A DNA stretch of 31,915 bases from a virus. Taxonomy: Duplodnaviria > Caudoviricetes. The notes beneath the pieces were generated by a model that saw nothing but the letters and a program-made list of their open reading frames with translations, did not search any database and had not been told where the DNA came from. Positions 1-8,932 of the stretch are shown here, piece after piece. The DNA lies in the IMG/VR virus record IMGVR_UViG_3300038317_000149, positions 1 through 31,915 of that record, one strand, 5' to 3'. The translations under genes were made by a program, and so were the position numbers. Within the stretch, counting starts at the first letter, position 1. The number at the start of each line of letters is the position of its first letter.

Positions 1-314
1 ACCCTACAATAAACGATTATTTTAATAATAAACTTGTTGTAGCAGCTTTGTATGTTGACGAAAAATCAATAGAACTTCCAAAGGAAAAATGGTTTAGCTC
101 GTCAAAAGATAATAAACTAAAGAAAAAATTAGGCGATGCTAATGCTGATATTCAAATTGTCAACTTTAATACAAATACTCAGCCTTATTATGTGTTGATA
201 AGTCCAGATGGAAAAGTTTTAGCAGAACCAATGACTTATGAATTAAATCCAGAAAAATTCTTAAACTTTTTAAATAAAGGAATTGAAGAATTTGAAAATC
301 CTGCTGAAGAGTAG
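1..314 (+). CDS. Host gene, 3' part: thioredoxin-like C-terminal domain of a DsbD/CcdA-type thiol:disulfide interchange protein (starts before the window)
   Basis: Frame is open from the window start (PTINDYFNNKLVVAALYVDEK...NTNTQPYYVLISPDGKVL...FLNFLNKG). This resembles the C-terminal thioredoxin domain of Bacteroidetes DsbD proteins. Confidence 0.7.
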   Translation, partial: PTINDYFNNKLVVAALYVDEKSIELPKEKWFSSSKDNKLKKKLGDANADIQIVNFNTNTQPYYVLISPDGKVLAEPMTYELNPEKFLNFLNKGIEEFENPAEE

Positions 315-347
315 AGAGTTATTAATTTTCTAATAATTAAAGGGCAC

Positions 348-362
348 AAAACAAAACGTACA
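348..362 (+). repeat. Left-end putative transposase-binding site L1 (AAAACAAAACGTACA)
   Basis: 14/15 match to the reverse complement of the right-end site at 31246-31260. Confidence 0.75.
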
Positions 363-440
363 TTTCCCAACTTCTCAAAACATTTCTTAAAAGCATTGAT
401 ATAACTGCGTTGTGTGGTGTTGGTGTGGTGGGGTTGGTGT

Positions 441-455
441 AAAACAAAATGTGCA
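441..455 (+). repeat. Left-end putative transposase-binding site L2 (AAAACAAAATGTGCA)
   Basis: Same motif, 78 bp after L1. A third, inverted copy (TGCACATTTTGATTT) lies at 692-706. Confidence 0.7.
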
Positions 456-714
456 AAAAGTTTAATTTGGTTTAATTTTGTGTTAATTTTTGGAGAGGAA
501 AGTGGGCAGAAACTTTAATTTTGGTTTAATTTACATTACATTTACGTTTAATTAATGCTTAAACATACCTAAAACGCCCAAATTGCACGCAAAACAACAC
601 AAAAGAGAAAAACCTAACCCAAACCAAAAAACCACAAAAACAACACGAAAAAACAAGCCCAAAAAACCGCATTTTTAAAACAAAAAAATAATGCACATTT
701 TGATTTAGTTAATT

Positions 715-750
715 AATGGGTGGACAAATGGACGGACAAATGGACGGACA
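715..750 (+). repeat. Three tandem 12-bp direct repeats (AATGGRYGGACA)
   Basis: aatgggtggaca, aatggacggaca, aatggacggaca read directly from the sequence. Confidence 0.9.
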
Positions 751-948
751 AAATCAAGTAAAAACACTCGTGAAACTACCCCGATACGTGCAGGAATTGT
801 GAAAAAAAACAGGATTTTTGCAACGAAAACACCCGATATTTTAATTTAATAAGACAAAGTAAAGTTTATGTAAGTATTGTAAAATAAAGGGTTGTAAGGC
901 TATGGCTTAATGCTTTCAACAATAATATATGTGCGTGTGATTGCACAT

Positions 949-1386
949 TTAGTCCGAATTTGTGCTTTTTTGTACACAAACATTTTGCATTTTTGATTGG
1001 GATTTTAATAGTTTTATCAATTCTTTTTGCGTTTCGATAGTCTCTTTTTGACTATCTATTATTAATTGAAGCTCTCTAATTCTATTTTCAAGACTATTTA
1101 GCTTGTTATCTTTTGCCTTCAGCTCATCTTCATTGCTTTTTTGCTCAAAATTTTGTTTTTTATCAATAAACATATTGCCCTTGCCCATTAATAACCATTC
1201 TGCCGAAACTTCTGGGTAGGAGGACAAAAAATTGACAATTTTATCACTTCCAATATCGCTCTTCATCCCAATTCCTTTGAAATTTGATGCAGCTACACCG
1301 ATTTTTTTATAAAAATCTACCTTGCTAATGCCTTGAGTTTCAGCAAAAAACAAAAATCTTTCTTTTATAGTCATTTTTTTGTCCAT
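949..1386 (-). CDS. Phage repressor (CI-like HTH with C-terminal coiled coil)
   Basis: IKERFLFFAETQGISKVDFYKKIG...YPEVSAEWLLMGKGNM is typical of Bacteroidetes phage repressors, and the gene is divergent from the early operon. ATG at 1386 (or 1374) is preferred over the TTG at 1404. Confidence 0.85.
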   Translation of the reverse strand: MDKKMTIKERFLFFAETQGISKVDFYKKIGVAASNFKGIGMKSDIGSDKIVNFLSSYPEVSAEWLLMGKGNMFIDKKQNFEQKSNEDELKAKDNKLNSLENRIRELQLIIDSQKETIETQKELIKLLKSQSKMQNVCVQKSTNSD

Positions 1387-1456
1387 AATATTTTGATAAG
1401 TCAAATATTTGACCTTTCTTTGTAAAAATTACATATTGTAAAACTTTACAAATATA
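1370..1456. promoter_or_regulatory. Lysis/lysogeny switch region: candidate operators and repressor promoter
   Basis: Perfect palindrome GTCAAATATTTGAC at 1400-1413, with related 14-mers at 1370-1383 and 1223-1236. TGTAA-N3/4-TTACA palindromes at 1421-1433 and 1437-1450. Bacteroidetes -7 box TATATTTG on the minus strand at 1449-1456. Confidence 0.6.
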
Positions 1457-1463
1457 ATTAAAA

Positions 1464-1658
1464 ATGGAAAAAGAACTTAAAAAAACACGAATAATTACAG
1501 AACACGGCGAAATAAAACGCATAGCCAAAATTTTTGGCATTTGCCAATTGACAGTTCGCAAGGCTTTAAGGGGAGATTCGAGTGTAAGAGAATACTCTAA
1601 GATTAGAAAATTTGCGATTGACAGAGGAGGAACAGAAGTTCAACCAATTAGTAATTAA
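1464..1658 (+). CDS. Ner/Cro-like small HTH regulator
   Basis: 64 aa HTH (GEIKRIAKIFGICQLTVRKALRG). First early gene, in the position of Mu ner. Confidence 0.8.
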   Translation: MEKELKKTRIITEHGEIKRIAKIFGICQLTVRKALRGDSSVREYSKIRKFAIDRGGTEVQPISN

Positions 1659-1678
1659 TAGAGAATTTTAAACTAAAA

Positions 1679-3697
1679 GTGAGGGTAGAATACTATAATA
1701 ATATTATGTGTGTAGAAGCAAGCTGGCTTGTTGAAAATGGTATTGTAACAAAATGGCAATACGAAAAACTTTCATCACGCAAGCAAATAAATGTGGTTAG
1801 ACGTGGCTGTAGAAATACGCCAGCTTTAGTTGAGTTCGATAGCATTCCTCGCAGATTTCGCGAGCTTATTATTAATAAGTATGGCAACCCAAACGAAGTG
1901 AGTGCCGTATCGCATTTTGAAAAGCATATAAAAGCTGATGAAAGAGCGTTAGAATATTTTAGCAATTATCAATTAGAAAATGGCGATACTCTGCCTCTCG
2001 AGAAACAATTAGAATACTATAATAATGCAATAATCCTTAGTGCAATACATGAGATTTTAAACAACCGCAAAGCTTTGCGTAGAGCTTTAGGTGGACAAAC
2101 TACTGGCTTATGGGCTTCTGTGGCGAATACGGTATTGAAACTAAATACCTCCACTTATCCTCACACATTACCTCAAAATATTCGTCGCATGCAAGAGAAA
2201 TACAAAACCTACGTTCAAGAGGGGTATCAGTCGCTCATCCATAAGTCATTTGGAAACTCATTTGCACGAGTTGTTAACGCCAAATTAGAGCGGCTGATAC
2301 TTTCTATTTATTGCATGAGCAACAAGCCATATAGCAAATGGGTACACGAAGATTATTTGCAGTTCATTGCTGGTGTGCTTGACATTGTTGATATGGAAAC
2401 TGGCGAACTCTTTGACAGACAGGACTATTTTGATACAAAAAAAGGAACCTATATAATGATTTCAGAATCCACCTGCAGGAATATCATCAACAATCCTAAG
2501 AACCGTGCAATTGTAGATGCAGTTCGCATGGGCAGACATAGATATTCTGGAAACATCCGCCCTCACTTCAATCGTCATTCGGCAAAATACTCCTTGAGCA
2601 AAATTTCATTAGATGATAGAGATTTGCCTCGCAAGCTACATGACGGCAATCGTGTTAAGGCGTATTATGCTTATGATGTTGCTTCTGGAATCTTGCTCGG
2701 AGCCTCTTACTCTTTAAGTAAAAACACCGACCTGTTTATTAATTGTGTGCGCGATATGTTTCGCAACATCAATAAAGGTGGTTGGGGAATGCCTGCAGAA
2801 GTTGAAGTCGAGCATCATATTGTTGGGCAGTTTAAAGATGACCTGATGAAAGCTGGTGTAGTTTTCCCATTTGTACGCTTCTGCGCACCTGGTAATTCTC
2901 AAGAAAAACATGCAGAGCATTTTAACCGTCAAAAGAAATATGGTTACGAAAAACGTTATCAAGACGGCATTGGCAGGTTCTACTTAAAGTCAGAAGCTAA
3001 TCAAACAGGTGGCGAAAGAATTTACGATGAAAAATTAAATAAATATATAATTCGTGAACGCACATACTCTTTTGAAGAATTGGTTGCAGATGACAAAACT
3101 ACAATTGAAGCCTATAACAACGGATTGCATCGCGACCAAAAAACCTATCCAGGAAAGACAAGAATGCAGGTTTTCTTAGAGAATATCAATCCAAATTTGG
3201 CGGAAATCAATCCTGCTGTATTGGCTCGCTATATTGGCGAAAGCAGAAACACCTCTATTGTGCGTAATATGTATTGCACAGTTAATTATCGCAAATACAT
3301 GTTGCCAACGCCCGATATTTTAGAAAAGCTATTGCCTAACAACTATGAAGTTGTTGCTTACTTCTTGCCCGATACAGATGAGATTTACATCTATCAAAAT
3401 GACAAATATTTATGCGAATGCAAGGTAATGCAAACATTTACCACATCGCAGGCAGAAACCACCGATGCAGATGTTGAAGCTCGCAAAATTCAGGCTAAAT
3501 ATATAAACCAGTTTGATATGCTTGTAAAACAAGGAAAGTCGGAGCTTGCTAAGGTAAAACATATATCTATTCCTGTCAATTTAGAAGATATAGAAGCACA
3601 GGAAGTCGAAACTAAAGAACACGATAAAAACGAATATGATTACGAACTAATGACTGATATGGACTATTGGTCAGAATTGGCTTTAAAGAATTTATAA
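1679..3697 (+). CDS. MuA-like DDE transposase
   Basis: 672 aa with an integrase-like core (ISLDDRD...YYAYDVASG...EVEVEHH...NSQEKHAE), followed by a MuB-like ATPase. Confidence 0.9.
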   Translation: MRVEYYNNIMCVEASWLVENGIVTKWQYEKLSSRKQINVVRRGCRNTPALVEFDSIPRRFRELIINKYGNPNEVSAVSHFEKHIKADERALEYFSNYQLENGDTLPLEKQLEYYNNAIILSAIHEILNNRKALRRALGGQTTGLWASVANTVLKLNTSTYPHTLPQNIRRMQEKYKTYVQEGYQSLIHKSFGNSFARVVNAKLERLILSIYCMSNKPYSKWVHEDYLQFIAGVLDIVDMETGELFDRQDYFDTKKGTYIMISESTCRNIINNPKNRAIVDAVRMGRHRYSGNIRPHFNRHSAKYSLSKISLDDRDLPRKLHDGNRVKAYYAYDVASGILLGASYSLSKNTDLFINCVRDMFRNINKGGWGMPAEVEVEHHIVGQFKDDLMKAGVVFPFVRFCAPGNSQEKHAEHFNRQKKYGYEKRYQDGIGRFYLKSEANQTGGERIYDEKLNKYIIRERTYSFEELVADDKTTIEAYNNGLHRDQKTYPGKTRMQVFLENINPNLAEINPAVLARYIGESRNTSIVRNMYCTVNYRKYMLPTPDILEKLLPNNYEVVAYFLPDTDEIYIYQNDKYLCECKVMQTFTTSQAETTDADVEARKIQAKYINQFDMLVKQGKSELAKVKHISIPVNLEDIEAQEVETKEHDKNEYDYELMTDMDYWSELALKNL

Positions 3698-3727
3698 TAA
3701 TTAATAATAACTAAAAAAACACACATT

Positions 3728-4594
3728 ATGGTAAACACAGAATTTAAAGAAGCAATTAGAGAAGGACTTCACGAAAGATTGAACAACTTTTCGAGTGCCA
3801 ACAAAATGGCAGTTAGCTTAGGACTTAGTCCTGCACAATTAAGTCGTTTTTTAAACGGAGAATTGGACAATGTGATTAGCGATGCTAATCTTATAAGCAT
3901 TGCACGAAAGTTAGATATACAGTTTGGTAAAAAAATGGTTTGGAAAACCGCAGTAACGCCTGTATATGCGTACATAACTGCACAGCTTAATGCTTGTCGA
4001 GAAAATTCTCTTAGTGGCTTATTGTGCGACATTGCCGACATAGGAAAAACACATGCAGCAAAATGTTATGTAAAAGAAAATAAGCACAGCATCTATATAG
4101 ATTGCTCGCAGGTTAAAACAAAACAAAAGTTGATACGCCAAATAGCAAAAGAATTAGGCTTGGGATATAACGGCAAATATGCCGATGTTTATGGGGATTT
4201 GGTGTTTTACCTCAAAACAATTCCCAAGCCTTTAATTATTTTAGATGAAGCTGGCGACTTGGACTATCCTGCATTTTTGGAGCTAAAAGCACTATGGAAC
4301 GCAACAGAGGGTAACTGTGGCTGGTTTATGATGGGTGCCGATGGACTTAAAACCAAGATTGAAGCCAATTTAGGTCGTAAAAAAGTGGGTTATGCGGAGA
4401 TATTTTCTCGCTTTGGCTCTACTTATCAAAAAATTACACCTGACGGCAAAGAGGCATTAGAGGAATTTACACACACTCAAATTGCTTTAATAACAAAAGT
4501 TAATAACAGCGAAGCTGATTTGCGAAAAATTGTGGCAGGTTCTGGTGGTTCGTTAAGGCGTGTTAAAATAGAGTTGCAAAAGGGTTTAAATTAG
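3728..4594 (+). CDS. MuB-like AAA ATPase (transposition/target capture)
   Basis: N-terminal HTH, Walker A-like DIADIGKT, Walker B LIILDEAG, and an FSR arginine-finger-like motif. Confidence 0.88.
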   Translation: MVNTEFKEAIREGLHERLNNFSSANKMAVSLGLSPAQLSRFLNGELDNVISDANLISIARKLDIQFGKKMVWKTAVTPVYAYITAQLNACRENSLSGLLCDIADIGKTHAAKCYVKENKHSIYIDCSQVKTKQKLIRQIAKELGLGYNGKYADVYGDLVFYLKTIPKPLIILDEAGDLDYPAFLELKALWNATEGNCGWFMMGADGLKTKIEANLGRKKVGYAEIFSRFGSTYQKITPDGKEALEEFTHTQIALITKVNNSEADLRKIVAGSGGSLRRVKIELQKGLN

Positions 4595-4598
4595 AGTT

Positions 4599-5228
4599 AT
4601 GAAGTTAAAAAGAGCTTTGACCGTGAAGAATGTTATAGACAAAAAATATAAACTATTGCCATTTGAAGCAGAATGGTGTGATGCTTTTTCGCAACCCGAA
4701 GCTCGTGGAACTTGGCTGATTTGGGGCAATTCAGGCAACGGCAAGACAAACTTTGTTTTACAGCTTATTGCCGAGTTGGTGAAATATGAAAAAGTATTAC
4801 TCAACTCTCGCGAGGAGGGCACTTCCTACAGCTTGCAACAAGGTTTGTTAAAAAGTGGAATTTCAGAGTTTGAAAACAACCTGTTAATCGTGAACGAGGA
4901 TGCCCATCAGCTTCAAGCTCGACTACAAAAACGTAACTCGCCCGAAATAGTGGTAATTGATAGTTTTCAGTATATGCAAATGAATTACAGGGATTACTTG
5001 CAATTTTCTGAAGCTTTGGATAGCAAGTTAAAGATTTTCATCTCTCATGCTGACGGCAAATTCCCTGCAGGGCGTTCGGCCAAAAGCGTAATGTATGATG
5101 CTGATTTAAAAATCTATGTTGAAGGATATAAAGCATTCAGCAAGGGCAGATACATAGGAACTACAGGTCAATATACCATTTGGAAAGAAGGTGCAGAAGC
5201 GTATTGGGGTGAAATAAATGATAATTAA
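4599..5228 (+). CDS. RecA/KaiC-like ATP-binding protein
   Basis: Walker A GNSGNGKT and Walker B IVVIDS. Confidence 0.8.
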   Translation: MKLKRALTVKNVIDKKYKLLPFEAEWCDAFSQPEARGTWLIWGNSGNGKTNFVLQLIAELVKYEKVLLNSREEGTSYSLQQGLLKSGISEFENNLLIVNEDAHQLQARLQKRNSPEIVVIDSFQYMQMNYRDYLQFSEALDSKLKIFISHADGKFPAGRSAKSVMYDADLKIYVEGYKAFSKGRYIGTTGQYTIWKEGAEAYWGEINDN

Positions 5229-5246
5229 TAACTAAAAATAAAAATT

Positions 5247-5714
5247 GTGAAAAAAACACAAACCAACAACATTAGTTTACGCTCTATCGGTCAGAACCGT
5301 AGAATGTACTTCCTGTTTAATCATCTTGGAATAAAAGATGATATAAAACAAGACTTGGCTTTAGAGTATAGCAATAATCGCACAGACAAAACAAGCGAAC
5401 TGTATTATATCGAGGCTCAGGAGCTTATTAATAGCTTGGAAAAATTATTACGCAAAGAACGCAAACAGCAATTTGGCAACAATATGGACAAAAAACGCAA
5501 AGGCGTAATCAAAGCAATCTTTGCATGGTACGAAGCTCAAGGCAGAAAGGTAAGCATGGAGTATGTAAAAGCAACAGCTTGCAGAGCTGCAAACGAAGAA
5601 CACTTTAATAAAATAAGTGGTGCAGCACTAACACGTATTTATGCAGAGTTTTGCAGGAAGCAATCTGCACAAAAGACCATGAAAGAATTGTGTATAGATG
5701 TGAGTAAAAATTAA
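5247..5714 (+). CDS. Early protein, possibly GemA/gp16-like
   Basis: 155 aa. The RTDKTSELYYIEAQELINSL segment and gene position resemble GemA-like proteins. Confidence 0.45.
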   Translation: MKKTQTNNISLRSIGQNRRMYFLFNHLGIKDDIKQDLALEYSNNRTDKTSELYYIEAQELINSLEKLLRKERKQQFGNNMDKKRKGVIKAIFAWYEAQGRKVSMEYVKATACRAANEEHFNKISGAALTRIYAEFCRKQSAQKTMKELCIDVSKN

Positions 5715-5741
5715 TTTAATAATAACTAAAAACACGTAAAA

Positions 5742-6080
5742 ATGGAAACTATTACTTTTAATCCTGGTAAAAACACACTAACAGTATGTGTTAACGACAA
5801 GCCACGTTTTGGTTGCATTGGTAAGTTTTCAGAAACAATGTATCGCAAAACCTTAAACAAAAGATTACAGTTGATAGAGCTAAACATAGAAGAAATAGAC
5901 AAGTGGTGCGAAGACAAACGCAACATCAACAATCACGAAGCACAGGTAGAAATGCGTAAAAAACGCAACCAACTAATGATCAAAATGAGAACCATTAAAA
6001 GAGAACTTGGTGTTAAAAAGTTTGCGAATGACGGAATTAGAGAAGTTAGTATTTGTGGTTTGCAAATAATTGAAAGTTAA
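5742..6080 (+). CDS. Hypothetical early protein
   Basis: 112 aa ORF in the operon with an A-rich leader. Confidence 0.65.
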   Translation: METITFNPGKNTLTVCVNDKPRFGCIGKFSETMYRKTLNKRLQLIELNIEEIDKWCEDKRNINNHEAQVEMRKKRNQLMIKMRTIKRELGVKKFANDGIREVSICGLQIIES

Positions 6081-6091
6081 AACCTAAAGCC

Positions 6092-6376
6092 ATGACAGAG
6101 TTAGAATTAAGAAATTTTATTAAAGACAACAAAGTTGAGTGGTCTTTTATAGACGTGGGCGATGGTTGTGTTATAGACGTAATAATGTTTATAGAATTTA
6201 ACCTGCTACCTGCGTTCCTGCATTTAATATCAAACTATTTAAACACATGTGAGTATGTTGATGAATGTTGTTTACGAACAAACTGTATTGCTGTAAACGT
6301 GGGTGAGGTTTGCGAATTTTACGACATTGAAATAGAGCGTGTGTTTACTGAAGACTTAAATTTTACAAATAATTAA
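6092..6376 (+). CDS. Hypothetical acidic, Cys-rich early protein
   Basis: 94 aa ORF in the operon. Confidence 0.65.
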   Translation: MTELELRNFIKDNKVEWSFIDVGDGCVIDVIMFIEFNLLPAFLHLISNYLNTCEYVDECCLRTNCIAVNVGEVCEFYDIEIERVFTEDLNFTNN

Positions 6377-6397
6377 TAACTTAAAAACAATAAAATT

Positions 6398-7093
6398 ATG
6401 AGTACACAAACAGAAAAAATCGAAATGACTGCCGAAGAGCGCGCAGAGTTTGAAGCTTGGAGACAAGCACAGGAAGCTAAAAAAGCCGAAGAAAGACAAC
6501 GCGAACAACGCGAATTGTACAAAAAAATGGTTGACCAAAACATCAACGAGGTGTATGATGATTTGTTAAGAGCTTCTGCAGAATTATATTCAGCAAAAAA
6601 GAAAGTTTATGATACTTTTGAGGCTGCAATAGAGTTAAAATCTGAGTTGTTTAATGTTAAAGACGAACAAAGAACTCACACTTTCACAAATAGTGAAGGA
6701 ACTCACAGAATAACACTTGGTAATTACACCAATGACGGTTATCGCGATACTGTTAATGAAGGTATTGCAATAGTAAAAGAAGTTGCAGAGTCTCTTATTA
6801 AAGATGAAAAAACAAAAGCATTGGTTAATGCTATAATGCGTTTGTTGTCGAAAGACCAAAAAGGCAATTTAAAGCCAAGTAGAGTAATCCAGCTAAGGCG
6901 ATTAGCAGAAGATTTAAACAATAAGCGACTAATGGAAGGCATACGCATAATTGACGAAGCGTATCAGCCAACCGTATCTAAGACTTTTGTTCGAGCCGAG
7001 CATAAAAATAAGCAAAACGAATGGGTATCGGTTGCGTTGGGCATGACAGAGGTTGATTATAAAGTTGACAAAACAGAAGAATGTAATGAATAG
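6398..7093 (+). CDS. DUF3164 family protein
   Basis: QRTHTFTNSEG...DGYRDTVNEGIAIVKE...LSKDQKGNLKPSRVIQL, characteristic of this family in Mu-like phages. Confidence 0.8.
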   Translation: MSTQTEKIEMTAEERAEFEAWRQAQEAKKAEERQREQRELYKKMVDQNINEVYDDLLRASAELYSAKKKVYDTFEAAIELKSELFNVKDEQRTHTFTNSEGTHRITLGNYTNDGYRDTVNEGIAIVKEVAESLIKDEKTKALVNAIMRLLSKDQKGNLKPSRVIQLRRLAEDLNNKRLMEGIRIIDEAYQPTVSKTFVRAEHKNKQNEWVSVALGMTEVDYKVDKTEECNE

Positions 7094-7469
7094 TCTTGCA
7101 CAACTAAAAAAAGTAGGCACAAAAGTTCCTTACAGGGAACGTAAGGCTGTATATATTGCAGGCAGGGTTGGCGACCTTACTGATGACGTTTATTATCTTG
7201 AATGTAAGGCAAAGTTTGGTCGCCGTGAGCGAGAATTACTGAAGCTTGGCTACAGAGTTTATAATCCTATGACTTTAGTTAAGCGTGATACTGATTGGCA
7301 CACTGCTATGAGAATTTGCGTAAGAGCTTTAACCTACTGTGATTATATTTCACCATTGCCAGATGCAAGCGAATCGCCTGGTGCAAGAATAGAATTAGGT
7401 CTAGCAGAGACCTTTAACATGAAAAAAATATTTCCAAGTAAAATGAATAGTAGGCATGAGAAAAAATAA
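7086..7469 (+). CDS. DUF4406 / nucleoside deoxyribosyltransferase-like protein
   Basis: VYIAG...VYNP...MRICVRALTYCDYI...SPGARIELGLA motifs. Confidence 0.8.
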   Translation: MNSLAQLKKVGTKVPYRERKAVYIAGRVGDLTDDVYYLECKAKFGRRERELLKLGYRVYNPMTLVKRDTDWHTAMRICVRALTYCDYISPLPDASESPGARIELGLAETFNMKKIFPSKMNSRHEKK

Positions 7470-7626
7470 TAAAATAATGATGTTTTGTGTGCAAGTATTG
7501 GTAGCGCCTTTTGTTGTAGTGGGCTTTCTTATGAGGTTAATAAGCCTTGTCTTGTTGCTATTAAGCGCTTTGTTTCTTCAAGATTATGGTCGCATAAAAC
7601 GAAAAGCTAACGAAATAAAAGTATAA
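7456..7626 (+). CDS. Small membrane protein (56 aa, not in the ORF track)
   Basis: MRKNNKIMMFCVQVLVAPFVVVGFLMRLISLVLLLLSALFLQDYGRIKRKANEIKV. It fills the gap between the neighbouring genes. Confidence 0.55.
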   Translation: MRKNNKIMMFCVQVLVAPFVVVGFLMRLISLVLLLLSALFLQDYGRIKRKANEIKV

Positions 7627-7632
7627 AAAGTT

Positions 7633-7878
7633 ATGGCATACAATCGAGAGAATTATTTAAAAAGAATTATTGAGATTCAGGAAATAGTGCTTGAGCATCA
7701 ACAGCGAGGCGTAACGCAAAAGTGGGTGTATGAAAACGTTATAAAAGAGCGTTTTTTCATATCTTACTCAACTTTTAACGCATATTTAAGCGTTCCTGCA
7801 AAGGCACAATTAAAAGCATTGTATGCCCAGAGAGAAAGAGACAAAGAATTAGAAAAACAACAATTAAAATTATTTTAG
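7633..7878 (+). CDS. Small HTH protein, candidate middle/late transcription activator
   Basis: GVTQKWVYENVIKERFFISYSTFNAYL is HTH-like, and the gene lies at the end of the early region like Mu Mor/C. Confidence 0.55.
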   Translation: MAYNRENYLKRIIEIQEIVLEHQQRGVTQKWVYENVIKERFFISYSTFNAYLSVPAKAQLKALYAQRERDKELEKQQLKLF

Positions 7879-7879
7879 C

Positions 7880-8419
7880 ATGAAACCAGAAGAATTTCAA
7901 GACTGTTTAAAGAATCTTGAAAAGGAATTTAAAGAGCTTTACACAAGAGTTGCACCGCGAGCTGCAGGTAGGGTGGCTGTACGATTGTTTAAAGAAAACT
8001 TTAGGGACCAGGGTTTTTTTGGTAAAAGATGGAAAGAAGTGCAACGCCGTAGAGGAGTAAAAGGCAGGTCTGGTAAAGCTGGCAGTAGGCGTAAAATTTT
8101 AACGGGGGCAACTGGTGATTTACGCAGGAGTATAAGATACACTATTGACGAACGAGGAACAGCTACTATCTTTACAGACGCATCTCGATTTGCTCACTCT
8201 AAAAAGCCTTATGGTAAGGTTCATAATGAGGGTGGAGTACAGTATGTTAGACCACATCACCGTAAATTAAGAACTACTGGCACAAGGTATCAAGTTAGGG
8301 GTTATTCATACAAAATGCCAAAACGTCAATTTATTGGCGACCATGAAGTTTTGCGTAAAGCCGTTGCCGAAGAAATTGTTAAAAAAATAAAAGAAATAGA
8401 AATAAAACAAACAAAATAG
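7880..8419 (+). CDS. Virion morphogenesis protein (Mu gpG-like)
   Basis: FKENF...W...ILTGATGDLRRSI...YGKVHNEGG...MPKRQFIG signature. Confidence 0.88.
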   Translation: MKPEEFQDCLKNLEKEFKELYTRVAPRAAGRVAVRLFKENFRDQGFFGKRWKEVQRRRGVKGRSGKAGSRRKILTGATGDLRRSIRYTIDERGTATIFTDASRFAHSKKPYGKVHNEGGVQYVRPHHRKLRTTGTRYQVRGYSYKMPKRQFIGDHEVLRKAVAEEIVKKIKEIEIKQTK

Positions 8420-8421
8420 AC

Positions 8422-8922
8422 ATGAGAAAACAATTGTATTTAGATATTAAGGAAAAGTTATCGCAAATAGTTAATGATGATGATGCTCCTTTGTTCAAGC
8501 ACTTTGATTTATGGAACCGACAAATTGAGTTCATAGAAAACGAAACCCCGTTTGCATGTCCTGCGGTTTTTGTCGAATTTGCTCCTATGGATTGGGATAC
8601 ACTATTGCACAGAGTACAGGAATGCGACCTAACAGTTACACTACATATTGTAACAGAATGGTTTGCTGAAACTGCCGACTATTCACCCACCGAGCAACAG
8701 CACTTAGAGTTTTTGGACATCGCTGACAAAGTTGTTAGAGCTTTGCAAAACTTTAGCACCGACTACATGAACTCTTGGATGCGTAAATCCACAATTACCG
8801 ACCACGACCACGAACGCTATATAGATAGCGTAGAGGTGTTTATTTGCCGACTACGCGACACTTCTGCAGTGCAAGAAACCTATACAGAAATACCTTTAGA
8901 AGCAACATTTGTAAGAGATTAA
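8422..8922 (+). CDS. Tail terminator/completion protein (Mu gp37-like)
   Basis: FKHFDLWNRQ...PAVFVEF...VTLHIV; directly follows gpG. Confidence 0.65.
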   Translation: MRKQLYLDIKEKLSQIVNDDDAPLFKHFDLWNRQIEFIENETPFACPAVFVEFAPMDWDTLLHRVQECDLTVTLHIVTEWFAETADYSPTEQQHLEFLDIADKVVRALQNFSTDYMNSWMRKSTITDHDHERYIDSVEVFICRLRDTSAVQETYTEIPLEATFVRD

Positions 8923-8932
8923 AATTAAGAAG

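Noticed and set aside
421-440. Left prophage end at a TG within the GT tract (e.g. 426)
   Set aside because: It would exclude the L1 site, and its flank does not match the right flank TAAGA.
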